From NCBI GenBank assembly GCA_951406725.2, contig OX597816.1, forward strand, positions 127,844,001-127,908,000: 64,000 nt of DNA, given 5' to 3'. Of the stretch, positions 52,325 to 64,000 are shown in pieces; the stretch's first letter is position 1; every line of letters begins with the position of its first letter. The translations under genes and the position numbers were made by a program. This DNA comes from Octopus vulgaris. Lineage: Eukaryota. The notes under the pieces were generated by a model, which saw only the letters and a program-made list of their open reading frames with translations, searched no databases and had not been told where the DNA came from.

Positions 52325-52943
52325 TTACATATACATATACACATATAAACACATATATATATATATATATACACACACACTTACATATACATATACACAT
52401 ATAAACACACATATAAATATACACACACACATCCACACACACACATATATACACATATAAATATACACACACGTTAAAAAGTGATGATGAACAATGGCAA
52501 GAAGAATATTGAGATTTTTTTGATAACCAGTTGATGTAGCAAGCGGGGCCCAGTGGGCATTAATGCCGTCACGCGGTAGGCGCTGAAACAGCATGCATTC
52601 TCTCCTGATGACCCCATGCACTTGCTGGCTTCTGGTATACAGAACTTTCAACTGGTATTATTTGCATGTGCAAGTTGTTTGCAAAACATACATATATATA
52701 TATATGTTTATATACATATGTATAATATTTGTATATATGTATTCATATATATGTATATATGTGTGTGTGTATATATATATATATATATAGAGTGTGTGGA
52801 TATGTATATATATATGTATGTATATATGTGTGTGGATATGTATATATATATGTGTGTGTATGTATATATATATATGTGTGTGTATGTATATATGTGTGTG
52901 TATGTATATATGTGTGTATGTATATATTTGTGTGTGAATGTGT

Positions 52944-52974
<31 letters not shown>

Positions 52975-52977
<3 letters not shown>

Positions 52978-53481
52978 TCATCATCGTTTAACGTCTGCTT
53001 TCCATGCTGGAATGGGTTGGATGGCCTTACTGAGGATCTGTGAGCCAGAAGGCTGCCCCAGTCTCCAATCTGATCTGGCAAAATTTCTACAGCTGGATGC
53101 CCTTCCAAACGCCAACCACTCCAAGAGTGTAGTAGGTACTTTTATGTGCCACCAGCACAGTCAAGCAGTTCTGGTAACGACCATGCTCAAAAGGTGTTTT
53201 TTATGTCTTACCTGCATGGAAGCCAGTCTGGCTGCACTGGCAATGATCACACTTGAAGTGGTTTTTGACGTGCCACCAGCACGTGCCAGTAATGTGATGC
53301 TGGCAATGATCACACTCAAATGGTGCTTCTTACATGCCACTGGCATTGGATCCAATCAGTGGCCCTGGAAACAATCTCACTCGGATGGTGCTTCTAACGT
53401 TCCACTGGCACGAGTGTCAATCAGATGGTACGGTCATTGGCCATGTCAGCAATTTTGATTTTGATTTCACTTGCCTCGACA
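52975..53481 (-). mobile_element. RTE LINE 3' UTR with internal ~60-bp tandem repeats
   Basis: Homologous to 5402-5780 with extra copies of the gtgccaccagcac..ggcaatgatcacact unit. Confidence 0.85.
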
Positions 53482-54112
53482 GTGGGGTTATTCCTCACCT
53501 GCCTATTTCTTACTGAATTTATTATAAAGTTATAACTAAAAGGGTGATAATATCTCCTATGTATATGGGGGTTCCATTGTTCAACAGGCTCACTTACTGA
53601 CGGAATGTCAATATTTAATTTAGTCAAGCCTGGAAAGAGTTTATGTAGTTTATTTTAAAATATTGTATTTCTTATATAATTAATGTTCTTATGGAAACTA
53701 CTGTTCTTGAGTGCTGTGTTATATAACGATGCATAATTATTGAAAATTCTTTCACTAGCTGAAAGATTAGATATTCTTATAGATCCCTCTTTAATTACTC
53801 CATCTATAACACTTCAGTGGGTGATTTGACATATTATTAATTTACTTTATTGTTTTATGTAGTTTGTTATAAGGGGAGAACAAACCACTATTGAGATTTA
53901 AGGTAACATCCAGAAAGTTTACTACCTTTATGATATTTTCAAATGTTACGTCTAAATTGAATTCCTTAAAAAATTTATCAAAGCTTTTCTAGTCCTATCC
54001 ACAGTTATCAAAGGAGAGCCAGTTAATGCGAATAATGCATCATCCTTATATAACTGACTTTCAATGTTAGGGAACTTTTCCTTTATTCTTGAGAACAGAA
54101 ATAAGCCGACCA
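53482..54112 (-). mobile_element. Penelope-like RT fragment
   Basis: LVGLFL...LYKDDAL...RTRKALINF and KVVNFLDVTLNLNSG..PYNK...SNHP match the Penelope RT YRDD, NFLDVTL and SNHP motifs. Confidence 0.85.
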
Positions 54113-54155
54113 AGGCTACTAAACCCAAGATTCCAAGTTCGATTCCAGGCAGTGA

Positions 54156-54203
<48 letters not shown>

Positions 54204-54340
54204 TAATAACATTAAAAAATACCTTAGGAATGAGAACCCAGGTTTGAAATTTCCCCAAGGCACCTGATGAAGGCTGGTGAGTATATCAGCCGAAACGTGT
54301 TAACAAAGATGAGGACAAATATATCAAATGTAAATAATGT
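54113..54340 (+). mobile_element. tRNA-head/(AAT)n/hammerhead unit fused in inverted orientation to the 5'-truncated end of the Penelope RT
   Basis: B box gttcgattcc, (AAT)n, cac-CTGATGA(54264)-a-ggctgg..tcagcc-GAAAC(54292)-gtgtt, then the same tail as 4015-4065. Confidence 0.85.
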
Positions 54341-55104
54341 AGGTAAGATTGATAAAACTTTAAACCTCAGTAACATTTTTCTGCAATTTTTCTGGAACAA
54401 ATAAATAGCAGTCAAATTTAACAGGGAAAATTATTTCAATATATCAAATTTGAATATTTTGCTGTAATTTTAAAATTTCTCAATTTGTGACAGCAACAGG
54501 GAAGACCCTACAAAAGTAGAGAGGCAGACAGATAGGATGTGACACACATACACACACGCACACAAGTAATCATGAGTTTAGAATGGTGTATAGTGGACAT
54601 GTGTATGTACATGTATATGTGTGTGTCTGTGTGTAAGTGTTACTTTGTGATGGACAGCAGAAAAATCACCATATTATATATATATATATATAAGTGTGTG
54701 TATGTATGTGTATATATATATATACTTATATACACACATAATACATACATATGTATGTGCATGTCTGTGTGTATATATCATCCACATATATTTATGTGTG
54801 TTTTCTCTTTTGCTAGTTTCAATCATCGGACTGTGCGGGGAAGGGTTTAGTCAAACAAATTCAACCCATTACTTAACTCTTTTAAGCCTAATACATATTT
54901 TGTTGATTTTTATTTGCCAAACTGTTCAGCTTGGGAAATATAAACAAACCAACACCAGTCACCAAGAGATGGTAAGGGACATACACAAAAACAAAGACAG
55001 ACATGCTTTGTCAGCCCAGGGCTGCAGTAGAAGACACTTGCTAAAAGTGCTATGTGGTCGGGAACTAAGCAAAATCACCCTGGAAGTGAACAAGAATGAC
55101 AGAT

Positions 55105-55695
55105 CTCAAAGTCTTTACTGCTCATCAATATCATATACTTATCCCACTTCTGAAACAAATTTGAAATAGCCTGCTAGAAGCATATACAGATAATATAAAT
55201 TCTATTTTCTGATATGCTATAGCACGGCACAAGTAGAACAAATTTCAAATTCTGTGTTATATGCAGCTCAGTAATGTAAGCAATATCAGTATCACGTATT
55301 TAATCTATATGTGTTGTTAAACAGTACTAGCTGAGGAACTTTGTCTAATGGAAGTTCCTTTAAAGTTGTATTCTGCTAAAAGACAGACTATTTCAAAACT
55401 ATGTGAATGAAAACAACGGTTATTGATATTTCACAGTTTTTGCTGTTCATTGGTATCATATACTCACCCCACTTCTGAAGCATATTCAAGATAGCCAGTT
55501 AGCTGTATATACAAATAGTGTAAAATCTACTTCCTGGTGTGCAAATTTGCTTTTTATTTTTCCTGCATGTTACTATTTTACAACGACGAACAGATTTTAC
55601 ACTGTTTGTATATACTTCTAACCGGCTATTTTGAATTCATTTTGAAAGTGAGGAGGATATATGACATCATGGAGCAGCAACATCTGCAAAATGCC
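55105..55695. repeat. Fold-back (MITE-like) repeat: ~105-bp arms at ~55432-55535 and ~55588-55693, plus a third direct copy at ~55108-55213
   Basis: tcatatact..cccacttctgaa...atagcc..tag...tataca.at..t.taaa.tct occurs twice forward and once reverse-complemented. Confidence 0.65.
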
Positions 55696-58600
55696 TGGCA
55701 TTCTTGTTCACTTCTAGGGTGATTCTGTACTGCCTCTTTGAAGTGTATTGTGTTTTTTAACTGAACATATCTTTAAAGTAACATCCTTTAGATGAAATAT
55801 CACAGCTACTAGCATTTAACAATAGACATACATTAAGTATGTTATTGATATTGTATATGTGTGTGTGTGTGTGTACATCTAAGAAAAGAAAATATATACA
55901 TACACACACACACATTTATATTTTCTTTGATAACAGATGGACTCATGTAGTTGATGAATATTATCAAAGTGGTCGGGTACCATGTCCAGCCATAGAAATA
56001 TATTCCCTTGCTTGGAAACAGAGGTGGGTTGGTGACAGAAAGACTGTTCAGCCATAGTAAATCTGCCTTAATATTATGTTTGACCTTTGTATGCATGGAG
56101 AAGTGGACATGAAATGTGTGTATGTGCATGTGTGCATGCCTGTGAGTGAGTGCATGTGTATCTGTGTTATTTACATATTGTTTGCTTGTGTATATATTTG
56201 TATGTACAGATACATGCTCATGCTCACACACACACATACATACAAGACAGAGGAGTGTGTACATGTCTTTGTTTAAAGACAAGGGATGCATACACACACA
56301 TACATGCACACACTCATATATATATATGTATACATGACTGTATGTAAATTCATTCATATACATTCCTAACCTTCTGAATTCCTCTCACATCACTGATGCA
56401 AATGAGATTTAAGTCTCTCTTATTTACTACTATAATGAATGCTATGGCTGCCCATAGCTTTTGCTCTCTCTCTCTCACTCGGAATAATCTATACTGAACT
56501 AACAGTATTGTGATTTTAGAAAAAAAAAACCAAAAAAAAAAATAGAATGATTGATATGATAATATTTTCTAGTAATTATAGGTTCTTCACGTTATGTGAA
56601 TGTGCATACTCTTACAATAGAAATCAATTACAGCAGAATAAATCGCTGGACCTAACATTTGAAATTTATTTTTAAACTCTATCTAAGGGAGAAAACTAAG
56701 AATATAGTTGTAAATTTCTATATATTCATCGATAGTATTTGACAACTAAATGTTAACACCATACTCATTAGCATTTTCAAAGCAACTTCAATTATTTTTA
56801 AATAAATTTTTTAAATCCATTTATCTGCTATCTTATTTTAATTGAACAAACTTTTAAGTTACTGTCTTTTATGCAATTAATATTCTTTGGGAAATGTTGT
56901 TTTCTACTAAATATGCCTGTAAAAGATGTATGTATTCCATCATCATCATCATTTTCGTTATCATCACATGCTCATTTCCCATATTACCATTGGTTAGATG
57001 AGATTTTTTTGAGGCATGTTTTAGGGTCAGTTCATTTTTCCTGGTGCCAGCTCTTATTTTCAAGGAATTTATTCTTTTAGCTTTGCCATTCCAGACCAAC
57101 AATTTGCAGATATATTGTTTATGTAGGACACAACCAAGTGTCACTACTTACATGTTATGCCAATGAGAACACTTTCAAAGATACACACACACACACACAG
57201 ACTCTTACATGAACACATGCATGTGCGCACACACACACACACACACAGACTGTTACACGAGCACATGCATGTGCACATACACACACACACACACACACAC
57301 TCTCATATACATACATCCAAACAAGTCAGGTTTCTGTACGGATTTTATTTACCAAATTACACTCACATGGCATGAAGTCATTGATTACCCAAGGTGCCAT
57401 GCATGCATAAATGAAAGAAAATGTGCAAATGAAAGGAATATGCTTATGAAAGAGAATAAACTAAGATTCCGCTGGGACTTCCACCCTCGCCTCATTGTAG
57501 ATGTGTTGGTGTAAATGACATTTCAGTGTTTTGATCTGTTTTGTTTAAAGATATACACAAATATTTGCAAGTCGGTCCTTGATTAACCATCATTAAATTG
57601 CATACATGTTTGCGTGCTTATATGCATAAATAAAGTCTTATGTTAGAGAATCTATAAGTTATATTCATAATTTATATGCTTGTTTTCAACTTTTACTATA
57701 ACCTATTCTCATTGAAATTGGTTGCTTCTTTAGAATTACATTCAACTGCAGGAATATTTTTCATATTGTAGGCTTTCTTCTAAAGGTTAACAAATTAAAG
57801 AAACTACCTCATAATCACAATGTCTTGTTTTTAACGGTGATATCTATTTAAAAATTGTTTTAATTTACTTACATCTCATTAAGTATTTAATTATATTTTA
57901 TTTATTATGAGATGTTTGGAGAGAAAACCACTTTCAGTGTCTAACTTATTTTCATAAAACTTTGTGTTTTTATAAGCTCTAAGTTTAGCATTTATCAAGC
58001 CATCTTTGAAAATAGCAATCAATATGTATTACATAATATTTTAGTTGGTATAAATAATTGACTGATGGTTATTATTTTCTCAAGGAATTTTTATCCTGTT
58101 TGTTCGTTCTATATGCTGATTAAAAGTGTGTTGTAGTTTAAGGGGAAGCAGTATTGTGGGATATGGTGACAAAAGATAACTAGATTTTATTTAAAATGTC
58201 TACAATGGCAGTGAATGGAGATGGTGTGATATAGCAGATATGAAAAGAATAATGAAAGCTGGATTCTAAACAGAGAAACACCCTGTCAGCATTTTAATCT
58301 AAGAGCTGTAAAGAAAAATGGAACGTTTCAGTTGATATTGTATTTTATTTTGAATAGGAAACAGTTAATTGCAAGCTTCTCATTATCAAATATACTAAGT
58401 TCTGTAACTTCAGAATACATCATGTTGAGCAGTCATTGGATGTATGAGAAATATTTCTTGTTCTCTTCTTTATGAAAATTGGACTAAATTTAAATTGGTT
58501 CCAGTATATACTTTAAAAGTCTTAATTCAAAATCGAAGTTCCAGACATATGAGGGTTTTATTTTTTCAGAATAAGGGAGGATAGTTCAACTACTCTGCTT

Positions 58601-61222
58601 CCATTGTAGGGGGTCTTGTTGATACTAATCATCTTGAAATTATGTGCTATACAATAGGTTACTTTCTTTGCTGCTTGGATAAGTGCTCTATTTTTAGCCA
58701 CTAAGAAAGAAATTGATTGTAAGATACAATTACATCTGTTTACTAAGTTTTCCATAATATTAAAGAGAAATGACATAGCAAAATATTTCAAGCAATCTAA
58801 AGTGCTCTTTTCTTCCTTCAATATACTAAATTGAAGAATGCATGTAATGGTAATATGGTCTGAGTGGCTTGGAATGGAGAAAATTGAATTTGAATGCATA
58901 CAATATCAGGATGGTGCTACTTCTATTATCTAAGGCATTCACTTTCATAGTGACAGAAAGTTAAACTTTGCAGATGATTGGATAAACTTGACACATTATA
59001 ATGACTCTTCCCAGTGTTGTTAGTGCATTCTTTTCCCTTGATTTTAGCTTTCATTCCATTGTATAGTTCTTTTAAAATAAATCTTAGTCATATTTGCTTT
59101 CATATATAACACAAAAGTATGAAGGTACACTCTCATTGTATTTAATATGTTCAACCAACAATGGCAAGTTTATATTAGTAATTTATCATTGAACATAACT
59201 TATTTTTGTTTCTTAAAAGTATTCTGTGGTTTGGTTGAAAAATTTATATTTCCATTTGAAATTTATTCATAAGTTGTGTGTGAGTGTGTTGCCATTCTCA
59301 TTTACATCTTGTTTGTTGTGTACCACCATAGTAACTTATCAGCATATTGAATGTCATTTCCATTTGGTGAAAAATGCAATATTAGAATAAAGATAAACTG
59401 TATATAAAATTTACTGGCTATTCAAGAGAAGAAAAAAAATTGAAAGAAAAAATACAATGCAATTAATTTCATGAATATATTAAACATTCATTTTAGAATC
59501 ATCTCTTGTACATGTTTTTCTTAGAATAGAAATGTAAAATTAGAATTTGGAACTGCAGTGATTTTCCTTACTTTTTTTTTTTTTCTTTTTGTTATTTTGT
59601 ATCAAAAGAAAATTAAATTAATTTATTCATTCGAACACTTTCTGTGAAGCTTGAAATTGATTCCATGACATATTTTCCATAGTTGAAGAATTTCACATTT
59701 CAGAATTAATACTTTAACCAAGCTAAGTCAACTTAAATCAGTATGTCAATCCATCAATATGCTTACACACACTTAATAAAACCTTCACTAGTTAAAGTTT
59801 TGTCATATTTTTTCACATGAGATTGAATTAAAAATGATTTTCTATTTTTTTTATTTCCCCTCATGTTGGTTTATCCCATTTACACTTCATGATAAAATAC
59901 TATATCAGTTTATATTCATTGATTGGTTTTTAAATTATTGGACAATGACTTACGAAGGAAAAGTAACCTTGGTCATTCTTGCCACTGATTATTTTTATTT
60001 TATTTTATTTTTTTTTTTAGATAGACTCAAACTCGCTAAGAGTTTTCAGTTAGTCTGCAGCTTTGAAGTTCCATAAAATATAATGAGTTGATATTCTTAT
60101 TTGTCTATTTTGTATAAAGTGATGCAAAATGAAAATATTTCATGGTAAAATCTAGATAAGTTAAAAAGTGTATTGTTAGCTGTGGGATTCATAAGTGTTT
60201 TACCACAGGAAAGATCCTTCTCAGATTTCTTTTTTACTACTTCTAATATTTTTATGCTCTGCTTGCAGGAAATATTGCATTAACTCTCTAATAACATTTT
60301 AGTTCTGTTTGTAATTCTAAAAAGCATCTATTGAATAACATCTTTGCTCTCAGAAGCAACATTTGTATCAAAGCAAGAAAGTGCATTAATGAAACCCTTC
60401 CACAAAAGAGGGTGACTGCAAATTCTTCATAAATCTAAAGATATTTTGAACTTTGCATTAGAAAATTAAGTTTGTCAAAGCCTTCCTCAATGAAAAGTGA
60501 AGGAAAATTTTTGCTTAACACTAGAATTCTTCTTACTAACCTAACACTATTTCTCTGAAAATCAAATTTCCATGCTGGGGGAAGAAATCTGTTAACATTT
60601 GATGACATTAGTAGTTTGTTAGTAAAATTCTTCACTTTGACATTCAGAGCACTGGGCAGAATTCACATGTTTCTCTTTTATCAAATCTCAGCAGTGAAGC
60701 ATACTTTGATCAGAGGACAAGAAATTTTTACAAAGATTTGAGCCATTATAATTTGCCTAAATATTATATTTCACAATGTGATAATTACTATTATTTAAAT
60801 ATTTGCAAATATTTTAGTCTCAAAATTTTAAAACAAATTTCAGTTCTCACTTATTTTCATCATCACCTTTTTCAGTGTTTCTCATAATTTGCTGACATAC
60901 TATCCTATTCCAATGAAAGCATCATTTTAGTCATTTTAAATTGATATTCAGGAAGTTTCCAGCTGCTGATGGAAATTAAATGATTGATTTTTAAGGTTAT
61001 CATAGAACATAGTCACAAAACTTTTTCACTGCTTCTGTTGTGTCTCAGAATGAAAGTAGGTTAGAGACCCTTAAACTTTACATGTAGCTAGCTTCTATGT
61101 AATGCATTAACTAATATATAACTTCATATTGATGTACAATATGATTAATGCTCTGTAAAAAAGTAACTATATGGTTCTGAATATAGATATATGTCTTTTT
61201 TTCAGTCATTTAACTGCAGCCA

Positions 61223-61360
61223 TGCATGGGATCAAGTGCACACAGTCTTTGGTCATATTCTCTTCTATTGGTGGTTTTACACTTTGCAAATATCTCCTTT
61301 AAGTAAAACCACCAATAGAAGAGAATATGACCAAAGATTGTGTGTACTCCATCCCATGCA
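61223..61360 (+). repeat. 58-bp stem, 22-nt loop hairpin made from a Penelope GIY-YIG fragment
   Basis: 61246-61280 is the exact reverse complement of 61303-61337; the right arm translates VKPPIEENMTKDCVYSIPCNC. Confidence 0.9.
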
Positions 61361-61744
61361 ACTGTAATGTGCTAGAGGCAGATATTCCAGGCCAAGTACA
61401 GTTTTCATCATCAGATACTGAAAAAATGCAATATTTATGGGACATTTTAAAATACAAATGTCTTATAATGTTGAAATTTACATAAATTTGTTCTAAAGTT
61501 TTAAGTTAACTAAATTCCTCTACTTTATATTCTTTATGATATTTTAAGATGTTTCATTTTATATAGTGATATAATATATATGTACGTATCTCTGCTTGTG
61601 TATTTACTGTTCCTGTTTGTAGATCATGAGTATTTAAGGAGATAAATTACTTTCTTCATTCACCTAAGAAGAAATTATATTGAAGAAACATATCTCACTA
61701 CTTTCTAATTCCTTTATTGTATTGAAGACCAACACTTTATCTTA

Positions 61745-61918
61745 TTAAATGGATTGCCAGTGTCCCTTCATGTTGGTCACAGCTTTGTAGTCTCTGTTGT
61801 AGCTGTCCATATCACATCTTACAGCCTTTGTGGTGTTCACAGAGCTTTGAACATCAGTCTTGATATCAGCATTTTGATATCTGGTTTGAACCATCATCAT
61901 ACAGATAACCACTATTCC
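61745..61918 (-). CDS. Candidate terminal exon (..IVVICMMMVQTRYQNADIKTDVQSS...KGHWQSI*) of an unidentified minus-strand gene
   Basis: Acceptor ttcttttcgtctccttatttcag| then ~56 open codons to TAA; other frames closed; TE-poor ~4 kb downstream could be 3' UTR. Confidence 0.35.
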   Translation of the reverse strand, partial: GIVVICMMMVQTRYQNADIKTDVQSSVNTTKAVRCDMDSYNRDYKAVTNMKGHWQSI

Positions 61919-62085
61919 TGAAATAAGGAGACGAAAAGAATTATCAAATTTAGCTCAAATATCCAGTATGTGTGTACACAGACACACACACACATGCACA
62001 CACACACATCATATCTTCATTCAATAATCAATTGCATTGTAATTTTTGATAAAGTATCATTTCAGTGGGGGTTGGAAATTTTTGC

Positions 62086-62330
62086 TTCTTTCATCATTAA
62101 ATCTGTGACTTTATGATGATACATTTTTAAAACAATTGGTATTATAGCTGATCATTTCTCATGTGTACAAACCAACTTTAAAATAAAATTTAGAATTTCT
62201 TGCATACAGTTCTTTCATCATTAAATTGTGATTTAATGTACATTTTTAAAACAATTGGTATTATAGCTGATCATTTCTCATGTGTACAAACCAACTTTTA
62301 AATAAAATTTAGAATTTCTTGCATACAGTT
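62086..62330 (+). repeat. Recent tandem duplication of ~120-125 bp
   Basis: ttctttcatcattaaat...tacatttttaaaacaattggtattatagctgatc...ttcttgcatacag occurs twice, nearly identical. Confidence 0.9.
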
Positions 62331-64000
62331 ACTATCCTCACTCAAACTTAAGATTAGGTGTAGGTGGATTAAAACTGGCTTACTAGGTTGATAGTATTAT
62401 TACTATTGCTAACTGCTATAAAGTCAAATAAGATTAGTGTTCTTAATATATATTCAAGTAATACTTTATAAAGGTCATACTCTCTTTATCACTCCACAGG
62501 TTCTTTTATTTTCAGTGGTGTGCTAACATGAACAGACTTGTTAATAAGTGATACTGCTATATATTATAGCTTATCTTGAAAACAGTATAAAATTATAAGT
62601 AGCATATGCTGCGCTTAAATGTAGAACTCATAGTAGAAGAGATTTACAAAATAGATTAGAAAAAGTTTGTGGAAAAATGTCATTAATTATTATTTTTTGT
62701 TTTATTTTGTGCACATGTGTGTAGTTATCTGTTTGTCATCTATTTTTCTGTATTTATGTGGTTTGTACATATATTCACCGCAGTTAATTTTTACGCACCT
62801 CAGTTTACCATCACAATATCTATGAAAACTAAATAGATTTAACTAGTAAACTGTAATTCCCCTAAAAGCATTTCCTCATCAAAGATATTCAACTATTTGA
62901 AAATATGTATTTGAAGTAGACAATATCATAAATTCATATCCACTTTTTTTTATCCCTTATTTAATATCCTCCTATCTCTAAATTTTTATATCACATATTG
63001 AGCAAATTGTGCTTTATTTTCAATATAATTTTTATTTGTGTGGAATATTATTAGTTGTTAGTCCAAGAACTTAAAAAATTCCCTGCTGCCAGTGTATCCC
63101 TTTCAGAAAGAATTTATTGAAATTAATATGATTGATCATTTAGAATGCAAAATAAGCAAATAAACTATGCGTATCTGAATGGTTTTATTGAAATATGAAC
63201 TCGTAACTTAATATCAAAACCATAGCACTTCTTAGACTAGAGAACAATATAAACTAGTTGTTTGGTGAGAAAAAAATCTATAATTATATGATCCAACCTG
63301 ATTAATGTAGAGGGAAATTACCTGCAGGTTAAGTATGCTTTCTTGAGTCAGAACAATAAGGAATAACTGAAAGTGATATGGTTAATGTGGAGTTGAAGTT
63401 TGAAAAGTTAGTAGTGTGTTTAGCATGTGAGAAAAAACAGGATTTGCTTGGAAAATATTTTGAAGTTTTAAACATAATTTTGTTTGTTATAAAGTAAAAT
63501 ACAAAAATATTGATTTTACATTTTGGCACAAGACTAGCGATTTTGTGGGAGGGGATTTGGTTACATCAACCCTTGTGATCAACTGGTACTTATTTTATCA
63601 ACCCTGAAAGGGAAAAAGTCAAAAGTGATCTCAACAAAATTTAAATTCAGAACAGAAAGAGGGATGAAATACTGCTAAGCATTTTGCCAAACCTGCAAAT
63701 GATTATGCCACCTTGCCACAGAAATATTAAAAAATAGCATTTATAACTATGATAGGTAAACTATAGAAATGAAATCAGTGAATGAGATATATCTTAAAAT
63801 GATGCAGTTTATATTCTGCAGAGAATGTTGCTGCTTTTTATAGTACAGTTGTCCAAATCATTCTGCCAGAAAAACACCAACAAAAGACATTAAACTGTGA
63901 GTGATGATGCTTCCACAGCAGCAATATTCGATTTTTTGTTAAAGAAAGAATATATACTAGCCAACATTCTGATCATGTCTGTATAGTATGATAGACTGTA

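Noticed and set aside
52570-52625. GAAAC...CTGATGA as a permuted hammerhead
   Set aside because: Could not build convincing stems I and III.
53140-53450. CRISPR-like spaced repeats
   Set aside because: Degenerate ~60-bp tandem units of an RTE 3' UTR in eukaryotic DNA; no unique spacers or cas genes.
52616-53458. Longest ORF in the track (280 aa)
   Set aside because: Microsatellite plus the antisense strand of an RTE 3' UTR; no protein-like composition.
58558-58899. 113-aa minus-strand ORF
   Set aside because: No splice signals or recognisable domain; compatible with chance or a decayed TE.

Overview
AT-rich, microsatellite-dense eukaryotic DNA. The repeat content (tRNA-derived CORE-like and Meta-like SINEs, RTE LINE tails, long (TA)n/(CA)n runs) points to an octopus (coleoid cephalopod) genome; this is recognition from memory, not a search. 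No intact protein-coding gene is identifiable. Nearly all listed ORFs are microsatellite read-throughs or decayed transposon fragments (RTE, CR1/L2, R4/Dong-like, Penelope, mariner, Tc1, Helitron-like). Four weak host exon candidates lie in TE-poor stretches (11637-11687 +, 17442-17486 -, 20581-20761 +, 61745-61918 -). The strongest signal is a set of at least six unrelated hammerhead-ribozyme (HHR) motifs, mostly in tail-out inverted repeats typical of Penelope-like elements. One family joins a tRNA-like Pol III head, an (AAT)n spacer and a minimal HHR, and occurs at three loci in Penelope-style inverted form. It looks like a ribozyme-bearing SINE moved by Penelope machinery. A near-perfect 58-bp hairpin and an inverted repeat covering a candidate 3' splice site are also notable. 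All folds and alignments were done by eye, and TE boundaries are approximate.
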